From NCBI GenBank assembly GCA_965216955.1, contig CBDCGV010000011.1, positions 301,125-365,124 on the forward strand: a DNA stretch of 64,000 bases, given 5' to 3'. Position 1 is the first letter of the stretch. Each line of letters starts with the position of its first letter. The DNA is from Chitinophagales bacterium (lineage in GTDB: Bacteria; Bacteroidota; Bacteroidia; Chitinophagales; JADIYW01). The notes under the pieces were generated by a model. It ran no database searches. It was not told where the DNA came from and saw only the letters and a program-made list of their open reading frames with translations. The position numbers and the translations under genes are program-made. Shown here in pieces: positions 20,373 through 30,738 of this stretch.

Positions 20373-22149
20373 CTTCCGTTATATTTTTTTTTTCTAATGT
20401 ACGATTGGTTATTTTATTCTTCAATATCTCTTCTTCTCCACCTGCATCAAGGGCCTTCTGCCAATTGGCAACCGCCTCCTCTACTTTACCGAGCTTAAAT
20501 AAGATATCTCCATAATGCTCTAATAAAACTGGCCGTTGATCATTTTCAATATTGGAAAGGGCCTTCTCCATCCAATCTTTTGCACCCTCATAATCACCAG
20601 ATTTATATAGCACCCATGCATAAGTGTCCTGAAAAGCCGCATTGTTTTCGATCAACAAATTGGCTTTCTTGCTCATTTTCTGAGCCTTCTCAAGCTTAGC
20701 ATCTCGAAGAGATAAGTAATATGAATAATTATTAAGGACATATGCATTATTCGGGTCCAAAAGTAATGCTTCTTCAAAGCAGCTATCAGATTTTTCGAAC
20801 AACTCCAAGTCGTTATAAATGTCTGCCATATTCGAAAGTACCTGATTTTTTATTTGCATATCGGTTGCTGCTAAATTGAGGGCTTTCTGATATGACTCAA
20901 TCGCTTCGTTTGATTGCTTCAATTGCTGACACGCAATGCCTTTATAAAAATAGGGCAAAACACTTTCCTCATTTTCTTCAATACTTTTATCCGCGAAATT
21001 TTTTAATTCTTCATATTCCTTTAATTCTGCTAATCCTTGAAATAGTTGGTACCAAACTGTTTGAGGGCTTTCTCCAATAGAAACTGCTTTTTTATAAGAT
21101 TCTATAGATGCTTTTTTTTCTCCACTATTCCAAAGAATATCTCCTTTTGCCGTATGTGATTTTGGATCATTCGGATGCTGTTCGATAATTAAGTCTGCCA
21201 TCTTCAAAACCTCCTCTTTATTAGTTGAATCAAGTATGACAGATTTGATATATGGAATAAACAACATGATTTTTGTATCTATTCCTAAAGATGAATTCTT
21301 AAAGACTTTATTAATTAGTGCTTTTGCCTCTTCTTCCTGTCCGTCTTTTTTAAGAATATCTGCTAATGCTAATTGACCTTGAGCATTTTCAGGGTCAATT
21401 TTTAAAAGCATATTATAAGCTTCAATAGCTTTTTTTAATTCATTATTAGCTTCATAAAGTTCCCCAAGCATTCCATAATACCTAAGGTCTTGAGGATACT
21501 CATCAATTAACTTTTGAATTTCTGCGGCGGCTTTATCAACTTTTCCTAATTTTATGTAGAGGGATTCCTTTTGCGCAATAATGGTTTCATTAATTCCATA
21601 TTTATCTTCAAGTCGATCATATACAGCAATTGCCTCTTCAATTTTATTGGCCTTTGTAAGCATATATGCCCAATCAAAATGATAATCATAAGCATCTTCA
21701 ATGCTAGATATCATTTTTTCATACGTTTTTGCTGCAGCCTCAAAATCACCTGTTTCTGCTTGAGCTTCTGCTAAGTATAGATAATACCATTCATTTGTGG
21801 TATGTAGTTGTACTGCTATTTTACCATGCTCAATAGCCTTTTCAAGTTCTTCATTTTCATAATATATGCGGCATAGTTCATAATGTGCTGCATGGTTTTT
21901 ATTATCAAGTCTAATTACCGTTTCAAATAAACCAATTGCATCCTCTACGTTTCCTAATAAGTTCTGTTGAACAGCTTCAATATAGTATCCCTGTTTCTCA
22001 AGTTCTCTTTTATCTATCCTATAGATATAGGCATTCTCCTCTTTATCAGATACAGCAGTCTTATTTTTTTTCTTTTTTTGAGCAATCAATTCAAATTGGC
22101 AAAGAAATATTAAAATAAAGCAGATAATATAGGATACTCTTGTTTGCAT
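20362..22149 (-). CDS. Tetratricopeptide repeat protein (periplasmic)
   Basis: Signal peptide, many TPRs, VLNNYSYYLS, DTYAWVLY, EHYGDIL. Confidence 0.9.
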   Translation of the reverse strand: MQTRVSYIICFILIFLCQFELIAQKKKKNKTAVSDKEENAYIYRIDKRELEKQGYYIEAVQQNLLGNVEDAIGLFETVIRLDNKNHAAHYELCRIYYENEELEKAIEHGKIAVQLHTTNEWYYLYLAEAQAETGDFEAAAKTYEKMISSIEDAYDYHFDWAYMLTKANKIEEAIAVYDRLEDKYGINETIIAQKESLYIKLGKVDKAAAEIQKLIDEYPQDLRYYGMLGELYEANNELKKAIEAYNMLLKIDPENAQGQLALADILKKDGQEEEAKALINKVFKNSSLGIDTKIMLFIPYIKSVILDSTNKEEVLKMADLIIEQHPNDPKSHTAKGDILWNSGEKKASIESYKKAVSIGESPQTVWYQLFQGLAELKEYEELKNFADKSIEENEESVLPYFYKGIACQQLKQSNEAIESYQKALNLAATDMQIKNQVLSNMADIYNDLELFEKSDSCFEEALLLDPNNAYVLNNYSYYLSLRDAKLEKAQKMSKKANLLIENNAAFQDTYAWVLYKSGDYEGAKDWMEKALSNIENDQRPVLLEHYGDILFKLGKVEEAVANWQKALDAGGEEEILKNKITNRTLEKKNITEVEN

Positions 22150-22239
22150 ATTGATTTTAGATGTGCTTATTTATAACGATTATCTAGTTCTCTTCCTTAA
22201 CACACTTTGTTGTTACAAAATACGGACCAAATTAGTTCG

Positions 22240-22674
22240 TTATCTGATGCCTGTATGTCCAAAGCCTCCTTCACCCCTATCTGTTTCAGACAATTCTTCT
22301 ACTTCAACAATTTCTGCTTTTTCATATTTAGCAATAACCATTTGTGCAATTCGCTCTTTTGTATTAACTACTGCTGTCTCGTTAGAGAGGTTAATTAAAA
22401 TAATTTTTATTTCACCTCTATAATCAGAATCTATTGTTCCAGGGGTATTGAGTAAGCTTAAACCTTTTTTAATGGCCAATCCACTTCTAGGTCTTATCTG
22501 TGCCTCGTATCCTTTTGGTAATTCAATATATAAACCCGTGGGAATTAAAGTTCTTTGTAAAGGCTTTAAAATAACAGGCTCTGTTAAATGAGCTCTTAAA
22601 TCCATCCCTGCAGAACCAGCGGTCTCATATGCTGGTAATGGATTATCAGACATATTTATAATTTTTAACTTCAT
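22240..22674 (-). CDS. dut: dUTP diphosphatase
   Basis: [36 protein letters not shown]. Confidence 0.97.
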   Translation of the reverse strand: MKLKIINMSDNPLPAYETAGSAGMDLRAHLTEPVILKPLQRTLIPTGLYIELPKGYEAQIRPRSGLAIKKGLSLLNTPGTIDSDYRGEIKIILINLSNETAVVNTKERIAQMVIAKYEKAEIVEVEELSETDRGEGGFGHTGIR

Positions 22675-22745
22675 CTATTAACGATCTCTTTAGTTTGAAA
22701 TTGAAATATATAGTGGAAATAACTGAAAAGCTAATAAATCCATGG

Positions 22746-22753
22746 CAAAGATA
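22746..22753 (-). promoter_or_regulatory. -7 promoter element for the dut-TPR-DUF4292-envC operon
   Basis: TATCTTTG on the minus strand in the 130-bp gap upstream of dut. Confidence 0.55.
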
Positions 22754-22803
22754 CATTAAAGTAGCTATTCCTGCAGTTAAAAAAATTAAAGAAAAAGGGC
22801 TCC

Positions 22804-24270
22804 CTAATACTCTTTTTGACTATCCGCCTTGTAAAGCAAGAACACAGTCAAAAATATAACTACAAACTTTAAAATCATATGTTGCCAATAGCATGGTTCT
22901 AAAACCACTAGTTGATTCAATAATAGATAAACAACTAATGGGAAAATTAAAAAGAGAGTTATTCGCTTAAAATCATAAGGAATAGGATAATATCTATTCC
23001 CAAAATAGACTCCTAGAAAACACATCAAAAAGTAGCATCCCAAAGTGATATAGGCAGAAGCCCAATAACCAAACTTTGGAATAAATAAAAGGTTTAATAC
23101 TACTGTGAAAATTGCTCCAAAAACAGCAATCAGAGCCCCATAAGAAGTTTTATCGCTTACCTTATACCAAGTAGCAATATTGAAATAAACCCCTAAAAAA
23201 CAATTGGCCATTAAAAGAACAGGAACGATACCAACTCCCTCTAAATAATCGACATTAACTAACGTAACAATATCTTTTGCGAATAAACTAACAGCAAGAA
23301 AAACAATGCCTCCAACCAAAGCAAAATATTTAGTAACAATAGCATACGTCTTAGGTGCGGACCTATTAGAGGCCTCTTTGAAAAACAAAGGTTCTGCAGC
23401 AAACCTAAACGCCTGAATCAACATGGTCATTAACATAGAGAGTTTGTAGTTGAATCCATAAAGCCCTAATTGCCTGAGATTTTCGGTATCGTCATATGGC
23501 AATAATCTCCTTAGCATAATTCTATCAAAAAATTCGTTTAAAGAGCCTGCTAAACCCACAAGCATTATGGGTATAGCATAACTAATCATTTTCTTATATA
23601 ATCGCCGATCAATAACAAATTTGAAATATCTCAACTCAGGGATCAGAAATATAAAAGTGCAAGCACTTGCAATAACATTTGAAATAAAAACGTATCCAAT
23701 TTTGATTTCGGGATTATAAATTTTTTCTAATATAAAAAGCTTATCGATGCTATATAGATAAGGGCACAATATCAAAAAAAAGAGGTTAAAAAAAATGAGC
23801 AAAGTAACATTTAAAACCTTTAGAGCGGCAAATTTTTTCGCTTTCAAAGTAGCTCTCAAAAAGGCAAAAGGTAATGCGGATAAAACATCAAAAGTTATAA
23901 TCAAGACAAACCACCTTATATATTCAGGATGATCCGTATAATTAACTAAGGTCGAAATTGGATTAACAAATAAGCATCCAATAAACACAAAAGGAACTAC
24001 AAAACTCAATATAGAAGTATAGGCAACAGAAAATGCATTATCCTTATGTTCAGACAAATTATAATGTCTAAAAAAAGAAGTCTCCATACCGTGCGTTAAC
24101 ACGACCAATAAAAAACCGGTATAGGCATATAGCTCGGTAAAAATGCCAAATTCCTCAGGCAGAAAAACCTTTCCAAAAAAAATAGTCAAAATATAGTTCA
24201 GCCCTCTAGCCAAAACACTGCTGACTCCATAAATGGCTGTATCAGAAATAAGTCGCTTAAGAATGCTCAA
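22804..24270 (-). CDS. Polysaccharide flippase (Wzx / MOP superfamily)
   Basis: TAIYGVSSVLAR, HGMETSFFR, QAFRFAAEPLFF, about 12-14 hydrophobic segments; -7 box TACATTTG at 24290-24297. Confidence 0.85.
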   Translation of the reverse strand: MSILKRLISDTAIYGVSSVLARGLNYILTIFFGKVFLPEEFGIFTELYAYTGFLLVVLTHGMETSFFRHYNLSEHKDNAFSVAYTSILSFVVPFVFIGCLFVNPISTLVNYTDHPEYIRWFVLIITFDVLSALPFAFLRATLKAKKFAALKVLNVTLLIFFNLFFLILCPYLYSIDKLFILEKIYNPEIKIGYVFISNVIASACTFIFLIPELRYFKFVIDRRLYKKMISYAIPIMLVGLAGSLNEFFDRIMLRRLLPYDDTENLRQLGLYGFNYKLSMLMTMLIQAFRFAAEPLFFKEASNRSAPKTYAIVTKYFALVGGIVFLAVSLFAKDIVTLVNVDYLEGVGIVPVLLMANCFLGVYFNIATWYKVSDKTSYGALIAVFGAIFTVVLNLLFIPKFGYWASAYITLGCYFLMCFLGVYFGNRYYPIPYDFKRITLFLIFPLVVYLLLNQLVVLEPCYWQHMILKFVVIFLTVFLLYKADSQKEY

Positions 24271-24376
24271 AAAATAATACTTATGTGTTCAAATGTAGCT
24301 AACAGAATTTTTATTCTTGAAGTTTAGTTGTAAAGAAGTGTGAATTGTCCTTTTATTTCAATCAATACTAAATATA

Positions 24377-24408
24377 TTTGCATATATGACGACCGGTCAT
24401 TATATTTG
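24377..24408 (+). promoter_or_regulatory. -33/-7 promoter of the tetR gene with a palindromic operator in the spacer
   Basis: TTTG (24377-24380), 20-nt spacer, TATATTTG (24401-24408); ATGAC-gaccg-GTCAT at 24386-24400. Confidence 0.75.
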
Positions 24409-24412
24409 TGCT

Positions 24413-24997
24413 GTGCGAAAGAAAATTTATAAGAAAGATATTCTTCAAACAGGCTTAGAGCTAATGTTTTTAAACGGTTATCATGCCACGGGGATTAAAG
24501 AAATTACGGATAGCATAGGAATCCCTAAGGGATCTTTTTACAATCATTTCAAAAGCAAGGAGCAGTTCGGTTTAGAGGTTTTAGAACAGTATTGCAAGAA
24601 TGGTGTCAAATTGCATGAAGAGATGTTACTTAAATCCGAAAGGTCAGCCATTGAACGATTAGAAAACATGTACTCTCAAATGATTGAGAAATACAAAAAC
24701 GAACTGGGTTGTAAGCTAGGTTGTTTAATGAGCAATTTTTCAGCAGAGTTATCGGATGTTAATGAGCAATTCGCAGCGTTATTAGAGCATCAATTTAAAC
24801 AAATAGAAAATATTATAGCACAGTGTTTACAAGAAGCCCGAGACACAAAAGAAATCAATACCGAATCTAATCCATCTCAACTTGCCGCTTTCATTTTAAA
24901 TAGCTGGCATGGGGCATTGATTCGTATGAAATCAAGCGCAGATATAAAACCTCTTGACGATTTTAAACACTTAATTTTTAATACCATTCTTAAATAA
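24413..24997 (+). CDS. TetR/AcrR family transcriptional regulator (NemR-like C-terminal domain)
   Basis: HTH GYHATGIKEITDSIGIPKGSFYNHFKSKE; GCLMSNF and WHGA. GTG at 24413 is preferred because the track ATG at 24386 lies inside the promoter/operator. Confidence 0.9.
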   Translation: MRKKIYKKDILQTGLELMFLNGYHATGIKEITDSIGIPKGSFYNHFKSKEQFGLEVLEQYCKNGVKLHEEMLLKSERSAIERLENMYSQMIEKYKNELGCKLGCLMSNFSAELSDVNEQFAALLEHQFKQIENIIAQCLQEARDTKEINTESNPSQLAAFILNSWHGALIRMKSSADIKPLDDFKHLIFNTILK

Positions 24998-25005
24998 TTT
25001 TTATT

Positions 25006-25362
25006 ATGAATACTCAAGTGAAGAAACCAATACCCCTAAGAGTCATTTTTATTTTAAATGCATTGTTGATTTTTTTAGCCTTTGCTATTTATTACGCACT
25101 GTCTAATGATTTGTTTGAGCCACCAGGAGGTAAATCTTTAAATCCTGCATGGGTTTTATATACAGCAATAGGCTACATCATCACTTTTATAGCTTTAGTA
25201 ACATGCATTTTGAATAAAAAATTGATGGCACTAAGAGCGGTTATTATTACCGTGGCACTTATTTCTATTCCAGCAGGCGGTTTCATTGGAATATTATTTT
25301 CGATCATTTCGTTTGCACTCTCTTTCAATAAAAAAGTACTTGCATATTTTAATCAGAACTAA
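25006..25362 (+). CDS. Small hypothetical integral membrane protein (about 4 TM)
   Basis: 118 aa with four hydrophobic stretches; tightly coupled to the tetR and SDR genes. Confidence 0.75.
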   Translation: MNTQVKKPIPLRVIFILNALLIFLAFAIYYALSNDLFEPPGGKSLNPAWVLYTAIGYIITFIALVTCILNKKLMALRAVIITVALISIPAGGFIGILFSIISFALSFNKKVLAYFNQN

Positions 25363-25363
25363 T

Positions 25364-26332
25364 ATGAAAGAAACAAGAATATTGATAACGGGTGCTAATG
25401 GTGCTATGGCTAAGGAAACCATTAAATGCTTAATAAAAGATGGATATGGTAACATCACTATGGCTTGCAGAACGGATGCTAAAGGAAATGCTGCTAAAAA
25501 AGAAATTGAAGAAGTTATAGGCATCCAAAATTCCAATTTAAAAGTAGCTGGTGGTTTTGACATGAATAAACCCGATGAGATTGGAAATGCTGTAAAATCT
25601 TTAGCAGAAGGCAAACCCTTCGATATTATCTTTTTGGCTGCAGGCTTTGCAGTTTTCACAGATGACTACCAAACCATTGAATGGAATGGAAAAAAAGTTG
25701 AAAAAACTGTTTTTCAAAATTTAGTGGGTAGTCACATAACACTCTCGCATTTAAAGGCAAACGACTTACTAAATAATGGTGTTAGAGTAGTTATTGCCGG
25801 CGGCGAAGGAGCCAGAGGAATTAAAGGAATGATTGATAAACCAACTTTTGATTCTGCTCAACAATTTAGACAATATATTTTAGCGGACTTTAGCCAATTC
25901 GAGAAATATAATCCCATGAATGCCATAGGTGTTTCAAAATTGGCAGGAGCGCTTTGGACAAAAAAATTAGCTCAAATAGAAAAAGATAATATGAAAGTTG
26001 TTTGGTTCTCTCCCGGACTAACTTCCGGATCTGAAGGGTTAAAAAAGCTGCCTGCTTTGAAACGCACTGTTTTTAAAATGATGTTCAGCATAATGAATTT
26101 GTTGGGAAAATCTCAATCAGCTGCACAAGGAGGACAAAAATATGCCGATTGTTTAGAAGGAAAAGTAGGTAAAAATGGTGACTTAATTGGTGCGCCAGAA
26201 GGAAAAGCCTTAGGCAATTTTACAGATCAAACCCCTATGAATACAGCCTTTAGTGATCAAGGTCTAATTGATGAACTTTGGAAAATACTAGAAGAAGTAT
26301 GCGGTCCTTTTGGAGATAACAACCTCTATTAA
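25364..26332 (+). CDS. SDR-family Rossmann-fold protein (retinol dehydrogenase/WWOX-like), atypical active site
   Basis: ILITGANGAMA, MACR, SPG motif; the YxxxK position reads AIGVSK. ATG at 25364 follows the upstream stop. Confidence 0.8.
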   Translation: MKETRILITGANGAMAKETIKCLIKDGYGNITMACRTDAKGNAAKKEIEEVIGIQNSNLKVAGGFDMNKPDEIGNAVKSLAEGKPFDIIFLAAGFAVFTDDYQTIEWNGKKVEKTVFQNLVGSHITLSHLKANDLLNNGVRVVIAGGEGARGIKGMIDKPTFDSAQQFRQYILADFSQFEKYNPMNAIGVSKLAGALWTKKLAQIEKDNMKVVWFSPGLTSGSEGLKKLPALKRTVFKMMFSIMNLLGKSQSAAQGGQKYADCLEGKVGKNGDLIGAPEGKALGNFTDQTPMNTAFSDQGLIDELWKILEEVCGPFGDNNLY

Positions 26333-26360
26333 TTTATTTTAAATGAAAGAGTAAGCAATA

Positions 26361-28565
26361 CTAATTTGCCATCTCACTCATAAACTTAATCCGATAAAGT
26401 TGAATGTCTTCTATTTCTATATCGTCTTCTTGTAATTCGGAAAAAGCCTCATTAATATCATCTGATTCAGCTTCCATGAAATAATCATGAATAATTTCTT
26501 GGCTATCTTCATCAATCATTTCATCAACAAAATAATTAATATCCAATTTTGTCCCGGAATTAACAATGGCATCTAACTCATCAATAAGTTTATCCATAGA
26601 AATACCCCGTGAACTAGCAATTTCATCTAATGGTATTTTTTTATCAATATTTTGAATAATCGCCACTTTCTGGCCTGACTTATTAACGATTGATTTCATT
26701 ACAAAATCTGTAGGCCTATCAATATTATTCTCTTCGACATAAGTAGCGATTAGCTTTACAAATTCTCTTCCAAATCGATTGGCCTTTCCCATACTTACAC
26801 CAGAGATATTTGATAACTCTTCAATATTAATAGGGTATTGAGTAGCCATATCTTCTAAAGAAGGGTCTTGAAAAATCACATAAGGTGGGAAATTCTTTTG
26901 CTTAGCAACTTTCTTTCTTAAATCTTGTAAAATCTTAAACAAAACAGGATCAACAGCATTTCCATTACTCTTGGCACTTGTAACAACATGCTCTTCGTTT
27001 CCTCCCCCGGCAGGATAGGTGTGGTTAAGGACAATATTAATAGAATAAGGGGCCTCAATATATGTATGTCCCTTTTCTGTTATTCTAAGAAGTCCATATT
27101 GTTCTATGTCTTTTTCTAGAAGATTTTCAAGCAATGCTTTTCTTAGGATAGTGTTCCAAAAAATAGGTGTCTGATCTTTACCTACTCCAAAAGAACTTAG
27201 CTGGTCGTGTTTAAACGTAATCATATCATTGTTTTTCTTTCCTAAAAGAAAATTAACGATGTAATTAATTTTAAACTGCTCATTTACTTCTTTAATTGCT
27301 TTAATTCCCAGCAAAATTGGCTCTTTCGCATCTATCTCTTCTTTTGGAGTTTTACAATTATCACACATCTCATCGCAATGACTTTGATAATCTTCTCCAA
27401 AGTAGTGAAGCACAAAACGCTTTCGACATTCTCCCGTTTCTGCATAAGCAGTAACTTCCATTAAATGTTGTAAAGTAATTTCCCTTTCCGAAACGGGCTT
27501 ATCTCGCATAAATTTTTCTAATTTATCGATATCCTTGTGTGCAAAATAAGCAATACATTTTCCGTCTAAGCCATCACGCCCGGCACGTCCTGTTTCTTGG
27601 TAATAATTTTCTAAGCTCTTAGGAATATCATAATGAATTACAAAGCGCACATCAGGTTTGTCTATACCCATTCCAAAAGCAATAGTTGCTACAATGACAT
27701 CCACATCTTCCATTAGAAAACGATCCTGTGTCTCCGAGCGAACGGCAGAATCTAATCCTGCATGGTAAGGGGCAGCATTAATTCCATTTATCTGTAACAC
27801 CTCCGCAACTTCTTCTGTAGATTTTCTACTAAGGCAATAGACTATTCCACATCTTCCCGTGTCTGGATGCTTAATGAACTGAACCATATCCTTAATGGTG
27901 GCATCTTTATTTAGTTTAGGACGAACTTCATAGTACAGGTTTTCTCTTAAAAAAGAAGAAATGTAAACACAAGGGTCTTCCATGCGTAGTGTTTTCATAA
28001 TATCCGACTGTACCTTTGGTGTAGCAGTGGCCGTCAAAGCCATCATAGGGATATTATCCCCTATTTTCTCAATCATAGACCGAATTCGACGATATTCTGG
28101 ACGAAAATCGTGACCCCATTCTGATATACAATGCGCCTCATCAACAGCAACAAAAGAAATATTTACAGCGCTAAAGAACTCGATATATTCTTCCTTTATC
28201 AAAGACTCAGGTGCGACATATAAAATCTTGGTATTTCCCTGTTTAATATCCTCCTTTACTTTATCAACTTGTGATTTATTTAAAGAAGAGTTTAAAAAAT
28301 GAGCAATACTATCATTATTACTATATCCCCTTACTAAATCCACTTGATTTTTCATTAACGCAATAAGCGGAGAAATTACTATCGCTGTTCCTTTACTCAA
28401 GATGGCTGGCAATTGATAACAAAGTGATTTTCCTCCTCCAGTAGGCATAATAACAAACGTGTCCTTATGTGCCAAAACACTTTGTATAATGGCCTCTTGA
28501 TTGCCTTTAAACGCCTCAAAACCAAAATATTTTTTTAGGGATTCTACTAATATTCCTGCTGACAT
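26361..28565 (-). CDS. recQ: ATP-dependent DNA helicase RecQ
   Basis: MPTGGGKSLCYQ, VDEAHCISEWGHDFRPEY, QETGRAGRDG, Zn-binding Cys, RQC and HRDC regions. Confidence 0.97.
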   Translation of the reverse strand: MSAGILVESLKKYFGFEAFKGNQEAIIQSVLAHKDTFVIMPTGGGKSLCYQLPAILSKGTAIVISPLIALMKNQVDLVRGYSNNDSIAHFLNSSLNKSQVDKVKEDIKQGNTKILYVAPESLIKEEYIEFFSAVNISFVAVDEAHCISEWGHDFRPEYRRIRSMIEKIGDNIPMMALTATATPKVQSDIMKTLRMEDPCVYISSFLRENLYYEVRPKLNKDATIKDMVQFIKHPDTGRCGIVYCLSRKSTEEVAEVLQINGINAAPYHAGLDSAVRSETQDRFLMEDVDVIVATIAFGMGIDKPDVRFVIHYDIPKSLENYYQETGRAGRDGLDGKCIAYFAHKDIDKLEKFMRDKPVSEREITLQHLMEVTAYAETGECRKRFVLHYFGEDYQSHCDEMCDNCKTPKEEIDAKEPILLGIKAIKEVNEQFKINYIVNFLLGKKNNDMITFKHDQLSSFGVGKDQTPIFWNTILRKALLENLLEKDIEQYGLLRITEKGHTYIEAPYSINIVLNHTYPAGGGNEEHVVTSAKSNGNAVDPVLFKILQDLRKKVAKQKNFPPYVIFQDPSLEDMATQYPINIEELSNISGVSMGKANRFGREFVKLIATYVEENNIDRPTDFVMKSIVNKSGQKVAIIQNIDKKIPLDEIASSRGISMDKLIDELDAIVNSGTKLDINYFVDEMIDEDSQEIIHDYFMEAESDDINEAFSELQEDDIEIEDIQLYRIKFMSEMAN

Positions 28566-28635
28566 ACTTTTTCCTTTACACTTTTACTCCTTATCCATTA
28601 TAAAATGCAAGTTTCTAAACCCACATTTGCTAAAA

Positions 28636-28643
28636 CAAATATA
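28636..28643 (-). promoter_or_regulatory. -7 promoter element for recQ
   Basis: TATATTTG on the minus strand in the divergent intergenic region. Confidence 0.5.
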
Positions 28644-28798
28644 ATTGCTTACATATTATGCGATAGATAGCCAATTTTTACTAAAAAGTTAATTGAAATT
28701 TGGCAAAATATTCAACTTTTTTACAATAAATAACAGTTAGAAGCTCTAAGGATATTTACCTTTACAAAGTAATAAGGTATTGCCTTAAATTAAAATAA

Positions 28799-29894
28799 AT
28801 GAATAAAACAAATACATACGTAGCCATAATGGCGGGAGGCATTGGGAGTAGATTTTGGCCAGCTAGTAGAACTACGTTACCAAAGCAGTTTTTAGATATT
28901 CTGGGAACAGGAAAAACACTCATTCAGGCAACTTATGAACGCTTCCTAAAACTTTGCCCCAAAGAGCATATTTTTATCCTTACCAATAAGATATATATTG
29001 ATCTGGTTAAGGAGCAGCTGCCCGAGTTAAAAGATGACCAAATTTTGGGAGAACCAGCCAGAAAAAATACTGCGCCCTGTATTGCATATGTATCTCATAA
29101 AATCAAAGTCAAGAATCCAAATGCTAACATTATTGTGGCACCATCTGACCACATTGTTTTAAACGAAAAGGAATTCACCCCGTATTGGTCAAAAAGCTAT
29201 TGACTTTGTATCTAAAAATGACGCCTTAGTAACTTTAGGCATTGTGCCAACAAGGCCTGATACTGGTTATGGGTACATACAATTCAGAGAGGGGGTGGTA
29301 GAAAAAGAAATTTTTAAAGTAAAAACCTTTACAGAAAAGCCCAACTTTTCAACCGCTGAAAAATTCATTGATAGTGGTGATTTTCTTTGGAACGCAGGTA
29401 TTTTTATATGGAATGTGAACAGCATTCTTTCTTCTTTTCAAAAACACCTGCACGACATATATGAGACTTTTATAGAAGCGGAGTCTTTTTTTTATACAGA
29501 AAAAGAAGACAAAGCCATTCTCAAAGCTTTTACTGTTTGTCCAAGTATTTCTATTGATTATGGCATAATGGAAAAAGCTGAGAATGTATATATCATTCCT
29601 TCCGATTTCGGCTGGTCAGATCTTGGCACCTGGAAATCTTTACATTCTGAAAAAGAAAAAGACTCAAATAACAATGCTACGATTGGCAATATGATAAAGA
29701 CTTATGATGCAAGTAATAACATGATAAGTGTTCCAGACGAAAAACTTGTAATTATTCAAGGATTAGAAAATTTCATTGTTGTAGATACGGATGATGTTTT
29801 GCTTATCTGCAATAAAGAGAAAGAACAAATGATCAAACAGATCACTTCTGATATTAAAAAAAGAGAAAAAAGGATCGACTTATTTATAAGCTAG
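28799..29894 (+). CDS. manC: Mannose-1-phosphate guanylyltransferase; split by an apparent +1 frameshift at 29178-29181
   Basis: IMAGGIGSRFWP, PKQFL, EPARKNTAP, PSDH in the first ORF; PTRPDTGYGYI, FTEKP, WNAGIF, SIDYGIME, GWSDLG in the second. Removing one C gives EFTRIGQKAIDFVSKNDALVTLGIVPTRP. Confidence 0.9.
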
Positions 29895-29960
29895 TTCTTT
29901 ATCCATTAATAGAATTCTGTTGTACTAACTCAAGGACAATTTAAATCACGCAACAAAACA

Positions 29961-30738
29961 ATGAACACTTTAAAAGTTGCCATATTTCAATTAAACCTTG
30001 TTTGGGAGAATATTGCTTCCAATATGCAGAAAATAGAGGATTTAGCCTATTCAATTTCAGAAAATATAGATCTAATTGTTTTACCTGAAATGTTTACAAC
30101 AGGGTTTTCCATGAATGCGAAGAAGCATGCAGAAACTATGGATGGAAAAACGATAGGAAGAATAAAAAAAATCGCCAAAGATCTTAATTGCACGATTGCT
30201 GGAAGTATAATAATAAAGGAAGATGAAGTTTTTCGAAATAGGTTCATTTGGATTGGCCCTAAAAATAAGTGTCTCACCTATGATAAAAGACATTCTTTTT
30301 CTCTTTTAGAGGAAGAAACTGTTTATACAAGTGGAAATAAAAAAACACTAATTGAATATCAAAACTGGAAAGTAAGTCCATTTATTTGCTATGATCTTAG
30401 GTTTCCAGTTTGGTGTAGGGAATTTGGAAGAAGAAACGCTTCAAATATATGTAGCTAACTGGCCCGCTAAACGTAGCCATCACTGGAAGCACTTACTCAA
30501 AGCTAGAGCGATAGAGAATCAATGTTATGTTATAGGGGTTAATAGAGTTGGAAATGACAATAATAATGTTGCACACTCTGGAGATTCAAGTATTTTTGAT
30601 TTTAAGGGAGAAGAATTGTTGACCATCAAGGATGAAGAAACTATCAAAATTACTTCCTTAAGCTTAGAAGAACTGATGAACTATAGAAAAAGATATCCTT
30701 TTCAAAAAGATAGAGATAATTTTACAATTGTTCCATAA
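29961..30738 (+). CDS. Nitrilase-family amidohydrolase (omega-amidase/YafV-like); split by an apparent +1 frameshift at 30418-30420
   Basis: LPEMFTTGF, YDKRH, ICYDLRFP (E-K-C triad) then YVANWP, ARAIENQ, NRVG. Removing one G gives FPVWCRNLEEETLQIYVANWP. Confidence 0.88.

Noticed and set aside
22690-22743. 17-codon minus-strand ORF upstream of dut (MDLLAFQLFPLYISISN)
   Set aside because: The ATG is only 2 nt after the -7 box, probably upstream of the TSS; no attenuator structure or telling codon run.
12470-30420. Phase variation or programmed frameshifting as the cause of the split genes
   Set aside because: Runs are only 3-4 nt, the contexts differ, no stimulatory structures are evident and an essential gene (lptC) is affected; assembly error is more parsimonious.
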